Positions 43,800 through 53,741 are shown, counted from the first letter of the stretch. The stretch is 64,000 nt of DNA from an uncultured Candidatus Binatia bacterium (GCA_965215595.1 CBDCDW010000006.1:138129-202128), one strand, 5' to 3'. A program made the numbers and translations. Notes: generated from the sequence alone by a model not told the origin.

Positions 43800-44076
43800 T
43801 TCCCTTCAGAATGGGTAAAGCAATGACCTCAGGCACCGTGTAGCTATGGAGCTCCTGGACTTTCGATTTAAGCCGGTCAAAGAGATCCTCTCTCGTCTTG
43901 ATAATCAGCAGCTGCTCCTCACCTCGCTCCACTTGCCCTTGCCACCAATAAGTGGATTGCACTTGACCCAGACGGTTCACACACGCAGCAAGCCGCCCTT
44001 CCACCAGGGCGCTTGCCAACTTCTCTCCCTCTTCAGCGGAGGGCACGGTTACATAGACAACAATATATGAGCTCAT
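43747..44076 (-). CDS. cutA: Divalent-cation tolerance protein CutA
   Basis: MSSYIVVYVTVPSAEEGEKLASALVEGRLAACVNRLGQVQSTYWWQGQVE is canonical CutA1. The ATG at 44076 is preferred over the track's 44106. Confidence 0.82.
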   Translation of the reverse strand: MSSYIVVYVTVPSAEEGEKLASALVEGRLAACVNRLGQVQSTYWWQGQVERGEEQLLIIKTREDLFDRLKSKVQELHSYTVPEVIALPILKGSESYLHWMEEELATGKK

Positions 44077-44294
44077 AACAAAGATCTTACAACTCTCCTT
44101 TCCCACCAGTCAATTGGACCTGGGGGCTCCAATACCTTTGGACACGCATGGCGGTAAGTCTCGTCACTGCGCAGGACCGAAAGCAATTGACTGGAGGTCC
44201 AAATAGAAGGCCAATTCTTTCAACGAGTTGGAAGAGTTAAGGTTGAAAGAACGGGGTATCTATGTTAATTCCTTAAAAATTCTCGAGCAAGGTT

Positions 44295-44687
44295 ATGGAA
44301 AATACTTTAAAGCAAAACATCGATTTCGTTAAAGGTAAAGGGCTCGTCCCCGTGATCGTCCAGGACTATCAAACCCGCGATGTCCTAATGCTGGCTTATA
44401 TGAACCAGGAGGCCTGGGACAAGACACGAAGGACCGGTAAGGCCCACTACTACAGCCGTTCGCGCGGTAAACTTTGGCTTAAAGGGGAGGAATCCGGCCA
44501 TTTTCAGGAGGTTAAAAAGACCCTTATCGATTGCGACAACGACACCCTGGTACTCCAGGTGAGGCAGCGAGCCGGAGGTGCCTGCCACATGGGTTACCGG
44601 TCGTGCTTTTTTCGCAATCGGGCGCCGCGTGGCTGGAAGGTCTCAGAAAAAAGGCTTTTTAATCCCGAGGAGGTTTATAAAAAGTGA
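44295..44687 (+). CDS. hisI: Phosphoribosyl-AMP cyclohydrolase
   Basis: 130 aa. VPVIVQD...DVLMLAYMN...[10 protein letters not shown]...GxACHxGYRSCFF. Confidence 0.85.
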   Translation: MENTLKQNIDFVKGKGLVPVIVQDYQTRDVLMLAYMNQEAWDKTRRTGKAHYYSRSRGKLWLKGEESGHFQEVKKTLIDCDNDTLVLQVRQRAGGACHMGYRSCFFRNRAPRGWKVSEKRLFNPEEVYKK

Positions 44688-45574
44688 ATGAGCTCAAGTT
44701 CGGGATTCCCAAGGGCAGTCTTCAGGTTGCAACCTCTGACCTGTTCAAAAAGGCTGGTTGGCGGATCCGCGGCACCGACCGCAGCTATTTTCCTTCCATT
44801 GACGATAGCAGCCTGCGCTTGAGCCTGATTCGGGCCCAGGAAATGTCTCGCTATGTGGAGGACGGCACCCTCGATGCGGGCATTACCGGCAAAGACTGGA
44901 CCCAGGAAAATGATTCCGATGTGGAGATAGCCGCCGAATTCGTCTATGCCAAAACGAGCCTCAAACCGGTTCGCTGGGTCCTCGCTGTACCAAACGAATC
45001 ACCGATTGAGAAACTGGAGCAGCTAAAAGGCAAGAAGATCGCAACAGAGATGGTCAATTTCACGAAACGATATTTCTCCGAGAGAGGTATTCCCGTTGAC
45101 GTGGAATTCTCCTGGGGTGCCACCGAGGCCAAAGCAGCAGATGGTCTGGTGGATGCCATTGTAGAAGTCACCGAAACAGGAAGCACCATCCGCGCCCATG
45201 GGCTCAAGATCATAGCTGAGCTACTGGAATCCAGTCCCCAGCTGATCGTCAATAAAAAAGCCTGGAAGGACACCTGGAAAAGGCAAAAAGTCGAGCAAAT
45301 CACATTGCTCCTAAGGGGCGCCCTGGGCGCGGAGAACAAAGTTGGCATCAAGTTGAACGTGGCTGAGCGTGATCTAGAAAAGGTAGTGGAACTGATTCCG
45401 AGCATTACCGCACCAACGGTTTCCCCTTTGTATCAATCAGCCGCCCTTCACGGCGAGAAGTGGTTTTCTGTGGAAAGCGTGATCTCTGACGACGTTGTGC
45501 GTGAGCTGATCCCCAAGCTCCTGCAAAACGGAGCCGTGGGAATCATCGAGTACCCTCTAAACAAGGTACTCTAG
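44684..45574 (+). CDS. hisG: ATP phosphoribosyltransferase, long form with C-terminal regulatory domain
   Basis: 296 aa. [11 protein letters not shown]-terminus, catalytic core, C-terminal regulatory domain. 4-nt overlap with hisI. Confidence 0.85.
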   Translation: MNELKFGIPKGSLQVATSDLFKKAGWRIRGTDRSYFPSIDDSSLRLSLIRAQEMSRYVEDGTLDAGITGKDWTQENDSDVEIAAEFVYAKTSLKPVRWVLAVPNESPIEKLEQLKGKKIATEMVNFTKRYFSERGIPVDVEFSWGATEAKAADGLVDAIVEVTETGSTIRAHGLKIIAELLESSPQLIVNKKAWKDTWKRQKVEQITLLLRGALGAENKVGIKLNVAERDLEKVVELIPSITAPTVSPLYQSAALHGEKWFSVESVISDDVVRELIPKLLQNGAVGIIEYPLNKVL

Positions 45575-45622
45575 CGCCATCACCCGGCACTTCAGTCCAT
45601 TCTATTAAAGATCCCCTGTCCT

Positions 45623-47026
45623 TCAATCGATCCTGAGGGCCTTGATCAACCTCATGAGGTGGGTTCTGTGAAGACCTAGGACCTTTGCTGCGGCGGCACG
45701 ATTTCCATTGGCTGCTTTAAGGGCTTCGAGAATGTAATCCCGTCTGGCAGTGTCTATGGCCTCATGATAGGATATGCCGCCGGGAGCAACCTTTGGTGGA
45801 GGAGCTCCGAATCTGGCGGGCAGATCCTTTAGAGTGATTTTCTGACCCTGCCCCAACACCACCGCCCGCTCCATTACATTGGCGAGCTCCCTAACATTGC
45901 CAGGCCAGTCGTAGGCCAGTAGCTTTTCCTGAGCTTCCTTGGTCATTTCAGTCAAGTTTTTCTTGGTCTCGCGTGAAAAACGCTGCAAGAAGAAGTGAGC
46001 CAGATCGGCGATATCGTCTCTTCTCTCTCTCAATGACGGCAAATTGATGGAGATGACATTGAGGCGATGGTAGAGATCCTCACGGAATCCACCAGTTTTA
46101 ACAGCCTCTTCGAGATTCCGATTTGTGGCAGCAACAATCCGTGCATTGATTCGTATGGGCTTGGTTCCGCCCACCCGCTCGAACTCTTTTTCTTGCAGAA
46201 ACCTGAGTAGCTTGGTTTGGAGTTCGGGGGTAATATCCCCAATTTCATCTAGGAATACCGTCCCTCCTAGAGCTAATTCGATCTTTCCCTTTTTAAGCTG
46301 ATGGGCCCCGGTAAAGGCGCCTTTTTCATGGCCAAAGAGTTCACTCTCAATCAGCTCTTTGGAAAGCCCCACGCAGTTAATTGCAATGAATGGTTCGGAC
46401 TTACTCTCGCTCCAATTGTGTATGGCACGGGCAAAAATTTCCTTGCCTGTACCGCTTTCCCCCAAGAGTAGAATTGTGGCTTGACTACTCGCCGCCTTCT
46501 TGGCCAGATCGATTGCCTGATTCATCACCGGGCTCTTTCCCGCCACAAGGCGATAGCGGTTTCCCACCTCCTCCGAGAGGATTTCCATCCCCCGCTTGAG
46601 CCTTTCCCGCTCAAGGACCTTTTGCACCGTCAGGGCCAGATGGTCCGGCTCAAAAGGTTTTGGGACAAAGTCATAAGCCCCTACTTTCATGGCCTCCACA
46701 GCCCGCTCAATGGTTCCGTGGGCCGTCACAATCACCACCGGAACATGATTCTCCCTCCTCTTGAGCTCTTTGAGAACTTCAAGTCCGTTCATATCCGGCA
46801 TCATGTAGTCCAGCAGGATGAGTTCCGGACGAAACGACTCAGCTTTTTGGAGAGCTTCCAAGCCGTTGTTAGCCCGCTCAATGGTATAGCCTAAGTCCGT
46901 AAGCTCCTGCTCTAAAAGGTCCAGGTTAAATAGCTCATCGTCAACGATCAAAATTTTATTAGACATACTAGCTTTGATTTTTGATTTTGGATTATTATCG
47001 GAAAAAAGTCTTCGCGCCAAGGCCAT
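45623..47026 (-). CDS. Sigma-54-dependent response regulator (NtrC/Fis family)
   Basis: 467 aa. REC domain (DDELFNLDLL...LLDYMMPDMNG), sigma-54 AAA+ domain (GESGTGKE; GAFTGA; ESELFGHEKGAFTGA), C-terminal Fis-type HTH. Confidence 0.85.
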   Translation of the reverse strand: MALARRLFSDNNPKSKIKASMSNKILIVDDELFNLDLLEQELTDLGYTIERANNGLEALQKAESFRPELILLDYMMPDMNGLEVLKELKRRENHVPVVIVTAHGTIERAVEAMKVGAYDFVPKPFEPDHLALTVQKVLERERLKRGMEILSEEVGNRYRLVAGKSPVMNQAIDLAKKAASSQATILLLGESGTGKEIFARAIHNWSESKSEPFIAINCVGLSKELIESELFGHEKGAFTGAHQLKKGKIELALGGTVFLDEIGDITPELQTKLLRFLQEKEFERVGGTKPIRINARIVAATNRNLEEAVKTGGFREDLYHRLNVISINLPSLRERRDDIADLAHFFLQRFSRETKKNLTEMTKEAQEKLLAYDWPGNVRELANVMERAVVLGQGQKITLKDLPARFGAPPPKVAPGGISYHEAIDTARRDYILEALKAANGNRAAAAKVLGLHRTHLMRLIKALRID

Positions 47027-47362
47027 TAAGAAATATTAACCGCAGATTTCCGCCGATCATCGCAGATTAAAAATGGCAAAGAGCAGAGCGCCAAGCGTCC
47101 TGATGGATTCGGGACCACTGACTACCGACTACTGACAGTTGACCCGGATCGAAGGATTGACGACCGGGAGTCTGTAGTCCGTTGTCAGTAGTCAGTTGTC
47201 TCTTTATGCTTCTCGCTCTGTCCTCAGTACTTGTTACTCAGTACTGAGTCCGCTTCGCTCTATGCCTTCTGCCCATTGCTTCCTCTTGTCCGTAGTCCTG
47301 TTGTCAGTCGTCCTGTAGTCGTTTTTCGCTTTGCGCTCTGCGCTTTGCTGCCCTCTGCTTCC

Positions 47363-48448
47363 TTATTTGAGCTCCACGATGTTAAACGCGGCCACGGGGC
47401 GGACAAACCCCTTTAAATGCAGTTCTTCGAGGGGCTCGGCCACTACGGAATCTTCTATCTTGCTGAGGGTCCGCTGGTTCGTGAGGATTTGACCTCCTTT
47501 GGCCTCCCCGCAGAGACGGGCGGCGAGGTTGGTTACGTTGCCCACTGCCCCATAGTCCATGCGGCCCTCGAAACCGATATTTCCCAGAGTCGCGTAGGCC
47601 GCGGTTACGCCAACCCCCAGATCAAGGTCGTAACCTTTTTTAACCCACTCCGTGCGAAGCTCCTGTACCTTGTCACGCATTTCAATGGACATGCGCACTG
47701 CCTTTTCAGTGTGGTCCTCGCAGGGTATGGGATCATTGAAGAAGACCATAATCCCATCTCCGGCAAATCGCTCCAGGGTTCCCTCATATTTAAAGATTAG
47801 ATTGCCCATTTCTGCGTGGTAACTCTTTAGCAACTCCATGACCTCCTCAGGCTCGGCGCTATCAGAGAAGGCGGTAAAACCACGTAGGTCCAGGAAAACG
47901 ACAGTGATCTCACGCCGATGGCTCTTGAAGAGACTATCGTCCTCGCTTTTGAGGATGGTCTCGGCTATTTGCGGGGCCAGGTAACGCTTGAGACGGTTCA
48001 TGTGTTCAATCTCATCTAACTGCTGGGCAACTTTATCAGACAAGGTCCGATTCCATTCCTCTAAAGAGTCATGCATCTCTTTGAGACGCATCATGGTCCG
48101 CACCCGGGCTAAAAGCTCGACGGTCTCAAAAGGCTTCACGACGTAATCATCCGCCCCGGCGTCTAGACCCTTGGCCTTGTCTTCCTGGGACCCCTTGGCG
48201 GTTAAGAGGATCACCGGTAGGGTCTTGAATTTTTCATCCTGTCTTAACAGTTTCAGCACCTCGATGCCGTTCATCTTGGGCATCATGTAATCGAGAAGGA
48301 CAACATCGGGGAGGAACGACTCAACCTTTTGGAGCGCCTCCTCGCCGTCGCTGGCCCTTTCGATGGTGTAATCTTCCTCGATCAACTCCTGGTCCAGCAG
48401 ATCCAGGTTAAACGGGTCATCATCCACAATTAATACTTTTTTTGCCAT
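47363..48448 (-). CDS. Response regulator receiver fused to a class III adenylate/guanylate cyclase domain
   Basis: 361 aa. REC domain (VLIVDDDPFNLDLL...LLDYMMPKMNG), coiled-coil linker, CYCc domain (VVFLDLRGFTAFS...FAGDGIMVFF). Confidence 0.8.
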   Translation of the reverse strand: MAKKVLIVDDDPFNLDLLDQELIEEDYTIERASDGEEALQKVESFLPDVVLLDYMMPKMNGIEVLKLLRQDEKFKTLPVILLTAKGSQEDKAKGLDAGADDYVVKPFETVELLARVRTMMRLKEMHDSLEEWNRTLSDKVAQQLDEIEHMNRLKRYLAPQIAETILKSEDDSLFKSHRREITVVFLDLRGFTAFSDSAEPEEVMELLKSYHAEMGNLIFKYEGTLERFAGDGIMVFFNDPIPCEDHTEKAVRMSIEMRDKVQELRTEWVKKGYDLDLGVGVTAAYATLGNIGFEGRMDYGAVGNVTNLAARLCGEAKGGQILTNQRTLSKIEDSVVAEPLEELHLKGFVRPVAAFNIVELK

Positions 48449-48602
48449 AATCCTTCTTATTTTAGATTTCAGATTTTAGATTCTTACCGATAGAATGTTC
48501 AACAGAACGACTTCAACAAAGATTTTCGCGCCAAGACTATAAAGAAATATTAACCGCAGATTTTCGCCGATTAACGCAGATAATAGCGTATTGCGCCATG
48601 TA

Positions 48603-50017
48603 TAATCTAACCCAAGGGCGATACGTTGCGCCATTTGTGATTCTAACCCTCCAAGGGCTCACATTAGAGCTCAAGGAGGGCAACAATGGAAGGGTTCACC
48701 ATGGCACGACGATCCAAGCAGGAGTATTTACGATCCATCTATGATCGTTATCAGCACGCACCACGGGCACAGAAGGGAACGATGCTAGAGGAATTCTGCA
48801 AGGTTTGCGGCTACAACCGCAAATATGCCATCTGGCTTTTAAACCGGCCCTTGCCCGAGGCAACTGTACGCAAACGGGGTGCACCTCGCTCTCCTACATA
48901 CAATCGGGCAATGGTAAGGATTTTGGCAAAGGTGTGGGAGGCCTCGGGGTATCTGTGCTCCCAACGTCTGAAGGCCGCCCTTGTACACTGGTTGCCCTGG
49001 ATAAGGCAACACTTCGAGCTGACCCAACCGTTAGAGGATCAGCTCCTGGCCATCAGCGCCCGTCAGATGGATCGGCGCCTGAGGGAAACCAAGCACATCG
49101 TGAAACGCCGACTCTATGGCACCACTCGGCCCGGATCGCTACTAAAGCAGATGATCCCGATTAAGACCGATCACTGGGATGTGAACCGGCCGGGCTATCT
49201 GGAGATTGACCTGGTGTCACACTCAGGGGCCTCAGCGGTTGGGGAGTTTGTCCATAGTCTGGACTGTGTCGACATTGCTACCTGCTGGGTAGAGCGCAAG
49301 GCCGTCATGGGTAAGAGCGCTTTGGGTGTCTTGAATGCGGTCACCGAGATCGAACACCAGCTTCCTTTTCCCCTCAAGGGGATCGACTCCGACAACGGCA
49401 GTGAGTTTATCAACAATCGCCTTCTTGCCTTCTGTCAACAACGCCCAGCTGGCCACACCATTCAGTTCACCCGCTCGCGTCCCTACAAAAAAGATGACAA
49501 CGCGCACATCGAGCAGAAAAACTGGACCCATGTCAGAAAGCTTATGGGCTGGGATCGCTACGACACCGCAAAGGCCCAAGAGGCCGCCAACCAGCTCTAT
49601 GATGAGCTTAGGATCTTCCAGAATCTGTTCCAGCCCTCCATGAAGCTGCGATGCAAGATCCGTATAGGCTCTCGACTTATTCGCCGCTATGACACGCCTC
49701 GTACCCCGTTCGAACGGGTCGTGGAGTCCCGAAAGGGAGACCCCAAAAAGCTGGCAGCCCTCAAGCACACGCTTAAGACAACTGATCCCTTCGAGCTCTC
49801 TACCCGAATCGATCAGCAACTGCAGCGGATCTACAAGCTGGCCAGCCATGCAGACAGAGCCCCACGAGAGAGACCACCGCTGAAACAAACGCCGTGGAGA
49901 AACTGGACCTTCAGCAAGAAACTACAGCGCCAACAACAGGACATGAAACGACAGATGCGAGACGACTTCGGTTAGATTTTGTAATGACGCAACGAATCCC
50001 GCTAGGGTTAGATTTTT
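48603..50017 (+). mobile_element. IS element with ~43-bp imperfect terminal inverted repeats, encoding one rve-type DDE transposase. Family uncertain, IS481-like by architecture.
   Basis: The left end (48603-48647) and the reverse complement of the right end (49974-50017) align over ~45 nt at about 70% identity; both carry two internal copies of the ATCTAACC block. Single 429-aa ORF inside. Confidence 0.7.
48686..49975 (+). CDS. DDE transposase (integrase core / rve domain) with N-terminal HTH
   Basis: D..D..E-type motif DSDNGSEF; N-terminal HTH region; HSGAS...CW core. Confidence 0.82.
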   Translation: MEGFTMARRSKQEYLRSIYDRYQHAPRAQKGTMLEEFCKVCGYNRKYAIWLLNRPLPEATVRKRGAPRSPTYNRAMVRILAKVWEASGYLCSQRLKAALVHWLPWIRQHFELTQPLEDQLLAISARQMDRRLRETKHIVKRRLYGTTRPGSLLKQMIPIKTDHWDVNRPGYLEIDLVSHSGASAVGEFVHSLDCVDIATCWVERKAVMGKSALGVLNAVTEIEHQLPFPLKGIDSDNGSEFINNRLLAFCQQRPAGHTIQFTRSRPYKKDDNAHIEQKNWTHVRKLMGWDRYDTAKAQEAANQLYDELRIFQNLFQPSMKLRCKIRIGSRLIRRYDTPRTPFERVVESRKGDPKKLAALKHTLKTTDPFELSTRIDQQLQRIYKLASHADRAPRERPPLKQTPWRNWTFSKKLQRQQQDMKRQMRDDFG

Positions 50018-50510
50018 TGATGGCTTAACACGGGGCTCGGGGGCGGACCCCATTACCCGGTACATGGGCGTTGGGGCTAACGCCGTGAGGGACGTAATCC
50101 GCCTGGTTTTTGACGGAGTGTTCGACAGGTTCCCGGCGCTCCAGTACTATTTTGCCGAGACGCAGATCGGGTGGATCCCCAATTGGTTGGAGCACGTGGA
50201 CAACGCTTACGAGAGGTACATCCTGTGGGCTCATGAGGTCTACGGGATGCCGATGCTCCAGCGCGCGCCGAGCGAGACCATCAAAGAGCACATCCATTGG
50301 GGCTTCATGTATAACCCTGTGGGAGTCCAGCTGCGCCATCAGATTGGCCTGGACAAGATTATGTGGGAATCTGATTTCCCGCACCCCGCCACCGACTGGC
50401 CGCACTCGCAGGACACGATCAGAAAGAATTTCGAAGGTGTACCCGAGGACGACAAGTACAAGATGCTTGCGGGGAACTGCATCCGCTTCTTCCATCTGGA
50501 TGAGCCGTAG
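50018..50510 (+). pseudogene. 5'-truncated amidohydrolase-2 family gene; only the C-terminal ~160 codons remain, abutting the IS right end
   Basis: The frame is open from the IS boundary through ...IMWESDFPHPATDWPH...CIRFFHLDEP*. No cognate N-terminal half exists upstream of the IS. Confidence 0.6.
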
Positions 50511-50618
50511 GAACCCTTTGCGATGCAACAACAACACGCTTGATCACTGAGAGTCCTCATGCGTCACCTGCATGCACGCGAAATACGGCGTATTCAAACC
50601 CAATAGGAGGAAAGAGAC

Positions 50619-51857
50619 ATGTTTTCCAGATTGAGACATTCAATAAGCAGATATGCGGTCATGGTTTTCCTTGTTGCTATGGGGCTCATGGTGTTACTGA
50701 CGGCGGCTTGGGAGTTTGACCCGACACCGACAGCGACCCCCACGGCGTTCGCTGCGAACGCAAAAGCTGCCTGGGAGGTGGAGTGGGAGGAGACCATAGT
50801 CAAAGCAAAACAGGAGGGTGTGGTTGTGATCATTGGACGGGTCCCGCGGGAGATGGACCCATTCGTGAAGGTCTTCGAGAAGAAGTATGGCGTGGATGTA
50901 CAGGTCACGGGTGGCCGCTCCTCCGAGTTGGCCGACCGACTCCTTGCCGAGCGCGCAGCGAAGCGGTTCACCACCGACCATGCCCTATTCGGTACGGGTA
51001 CCTCCGCCCGGGTTTTGATTCCCAATGGTCTCCTCGTCCCGATACTCCCGCAGATTATCCTCCCGGAAATCAAGGACCCATCCAAATGGTATAAAGGTCA
51101 TCTGTGGTGGGCCTCAGCCGACCGTTACCACAAATACTACCTGCTACACGCCTCCCCCGTGCAGCAGGCCGATCTGTTGTCGAGATACAACACCAACAAA
51201 GTCTCCAAAGCTGAGTACGATTCCATCAACTCCGTCTGGGACTTTCTCGACCCCAAGTGGAAAGGCAGGATCGGAGTGTTTGCGCCCACGGAGAACCGCG
51301 GCGCAACCACTGACTTCTACATACATCCGGCCATTGGGCCGAAGTTTTTTAAGCGCTTGTCCACCGAGATGGGCGTCGTCTTTTTCTCGGACCAGCGGTT
51401 GATCGTTGACCAGCTAGTTCTGGGTGGTATCGACATCGGGTTGTTCCTCGGTAGGAGCACTGACGCCGACTTAGATGCTCTAGGGAAGCAGGGAGCACCC
51501 ATCGGCGATTTCCTTGGCAAGGCGGCGACCTGGGCCGAAGGCGGCTTCTTGAACATCGGGACGGGCAGTCGCGCCGTCAACATAGTGAGCAAGGCTGCGC
51601 ATCCCAATGCGGCAAAACTTTTCGCGAACTGGATGCTTTCCCGAGAAGGTCAGATCGCGTGGCAAGAGAAGTACGGCCTCGGTACGAAAAGGATACCGTA
51701 CCCCACCATGCGGATCGACGTGAAGTCTCCGGGTCGGACGCGTCCGCATGAGCGAAGGTATCCGGGACAAGACTATCTCGTCCTGGCCGAGCTCCCCGGC
51801 GTCGATTTCGACGCCTCAATGGCGGCGATGCTTGAGCTGTACAAGTCAACGAGGTGA
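50619..51857 (+). CDS. ABC transporter periplasmic substrate-binding protein (family-1 SBP, Fe3+/small-molecule type)
   Basis: 412 aa. Signal anchor; SBP_bac_1-like bilobed architecture. Followed by a fused double permease. Confidence 0.65.
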   Translation: MFSRLRHSISRYAVMVFLVAMGLMVLLTAAWEFDPTPTATPTAFAANAKAAWEVEWEETIVKAKQEGVVVIIGRVPREMDPFVKVFEKKYGVDVQVTGGRSSELADRLLAERAAKRFTTDHALFGTGTSARVLIPNGLLVPILPQIILPEIKDPSKWYKGHLWWASADRYHKYYLLHASPVQQADLLSRYNTNKVSKAEYDSINSVWDFLDPKWKGRIGVFAPTENRGATTDFYIHPAIGPKFFKRLSTEMGVVFFSDQRLIVDQLVLGGIDIGLFLGRSTDADLDALGKQGAPIGDFLGKAATWAEGGFLNIGTGSRAVNIVSKAAHPNAAKLFANWMLSREGQIAWQEKYGLGTKRIPYPTMRIDVKSPGRTRPHERRYPGQDYLVLAELPGVDFDASMAAMLELYKSTR

Positions 51858-51992
51858 GTCCCTCTCGATGAACATTGAGTCAATCAAGCTCTAGGCGCGG
51901 CCACCGCGAGTGAACTCTAAGGTCTCGCCCCGCTCGGAGGGGATCGTTGCTCGCTGAGTCGCAGACATCGATCACGGCAAAGGGCGATCTTC

Positions 51993-53741
51993 ATGCAATC
52001 GGTTAGGACAGGCTGGGCAGGGCAGCTGAAGCGGAGGGCGAACAGTGTGGCGCGCCCCAGCGTCTTCATAATGGGCGCGGTCCTCATCACTTTGTCCTTC
52101 TATCTTCTTTATCCAATCCTGCTCGTACTCAGCTATTCGTTCAACACGGCCGTACATCCGTTCCTGGGCACCGAATGGGGCCTGGACCATTGGCGTGTAG
52201 CCTTCACAAAACCACTCATCCTCACGGCTATTTTCAACTCGTTCCGCATCTGGTTCCTAACCCTCGTGATAAGCCTGCCGTCCGCATGCCTGATTTCCTG
52301 GGTGTTGGCTCGCACCCGGATTCCATGGAGCAACGGCCTGGAGTTCATGTTCTGGATCTCGTACATGGTCCCAACGCTGGCCACCACCATTGGCTGGATC
52401 ACCCTGCTGGATCCGCGGATCGGTCTCATCAACCAGTGGGCCGTGCGGCTTCCCTTCATCGACTCCCCGCCGTTTAACATTTTTTCCGTGCCCGGCATCG
52501 TTTGGGCGAATCTGATGGGTAACGGCATCGCATTGAAAGTCATGTTGCTAACACCAGCATTCCGGAACATGGACGCAGCGCTGGAGGAGGCCGGGCGCGT
52601 GAGCGGGGCCTCGAACCTCCGCACGATAATTCGGGTCACGTTGCCGTTGATGGTCACACCGATCACATTGGTGTTCGCGCTCCAATTGCTGCGGGTCTTC
52701 CAGTCGTTCGAGACGGAGCTGCTCTTGGGCACACCCTTCAAATTCGTTAACTACGCCACACTGATATATCAGCTCGTGAGGCCCGGGGAAGACGACATCC
52801 CACGGTACGGCGAAGCGACAGTACTGGCCAGCCTCACGATAGTGATCATCGCAGCGATCATTCCGTTCCAACGGTGGGTAATGCAGCGGCGCCAGTACAC
52901 GACCATCTCGGCGGGTTTCAAGTCGGGGCTGATCGACCTTGGGCGGTGGAAGTTTGCGTTGGTGTTCGGCATATGGTTCTTGATCATCCTGCTCACGCTT
53001 GCACCACTAGCGTCGTTGATCCTCGGCAGTTTCATGACGCGCGCGGGTTTCTTCATGTTAAATCCCGTGTTTACACTCAACAACTGGATGGCCATCCTCT
53101 CCGCAGAGGACTTTCAGAGGGCCACAAAGACGACGCTGACCCTGGGTCTCACGGCTGGCATCTTTAGCCCCGTGCTCTTCTCAATGCTCGCTTACATCCT
53201 GGTACGAACGAAGTGGGCCGGTCGAGGCCTCTTGGATTGGATTATCTGGTCCTCGGGGGCCATACCCGGAATGCTGTCCGGCCTGGGCCTCTTGGTGCTG
53301 TTCTTGGGAACACCGGGGCTCAATGTGCTGTTTGGCACCGTCTGGGCGCTGGTGCTTGTGGTAATCGTCTCCGGCAAGGTCACTGGCGTGAACATCATGA
53401 AAGGCACGCTGGTGCAGGTTGGGCAGGATATGGAGGACGCTGCGCGGGTGGCCGGGGCCGGCTGGCTGAGGACGTACTTTCGGATATGGATCCCATTGAC
53501 GATCCGCACGTGGATGTTGATCGCGACGCTCAATTTCGTCAGCGCGGTAGGCGCCACCAGCAGCGTGATATTGCTCGCCTCCAGGGACACGATGACGCTA
53601 TCGATCTTAGCATTGCACTATCGATTCGATGCCAATCAAGAGGCAGCCAGCATCGTCTCGATCATCCTGATGATCATGACGGTAGGACTCGCCTCTCTCA
53701 TGCGGGTGTTTGGGCTACGCTTGGGGGTGCGACACAACTGA
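51993..53741 (+). CDS. ABC transporter permease with two fused BPD-type transmembrane domains (FbpB/AfuB-like)
   Basis: 582 aa. Two EAA-loop-like regions (EEAGRVSGASNLRTIIRVTLPL and EDAARVAGAGWLRTYFRIWIPL). No ATPase gene follows. Confidence 0.72.
   Translation: MQSVRTGWAGQLKRRANSVARPSVFIMGAVLITLSFYLLYPILLVLSYSFNTAVHPFLGTEWGLDHWRVAFTKPLILTAIFNSFRIWFLTLVISLPSACLISWVLARTRIPWSNGLEFMFWISYMVPTLATTIGWITLLDPRIGLINQWAVRLPFIDSPPFNIFSVPGIVWANLMGNGIALKVMLLTPAFRNMDAALEEAGRVSGASNLRTIIRVTLPLMVTPITLVFALQLLRVFQSFETELLLGTPFKFVNYATLIYQLVRPGEDDIPRYGEATVLASLTIVIIAAIIPFQRWVMQRRQYTTISAGFKSGLIDLGRWKFALVFGIWFLIILLTLAPLASLILGSFMTRAGFFMLNPVFTLNNWMAILSAEDFQRATKTTLTLGLTAGIFSPVLFSMLAYILVRTKWAGRGLLDWIIWSSGAIPGMLSGLGLLVLFLGTPGLNVLFGTVWALVLVVIVSGKVTGVNIMKGTLVQVGQDMEDAARVAGAGWLRTYFRIWIPLTIRTWMLIATLNFVSAVGATSSVILLASRDTMTLSILALHYRFDANQEAASIVSIILMIMTVGLASLMRVFGLRLGVRHN

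Noticed and set aside
46975-47100. Sigma-54 (-24/-12) promoter within the shared upstream module (TGGCGC...)
   Set aside because: The GG/GC dinucleotide spacing is not consistent across the four copies. It cannot be supported by eye.
47100-47350. CRISPR array
   Set aside because: Repeats are 6-12 nt, degenerate and irregularly spaced. There are no 28-37-nt direct repeats with unique spacers and no cas genes.
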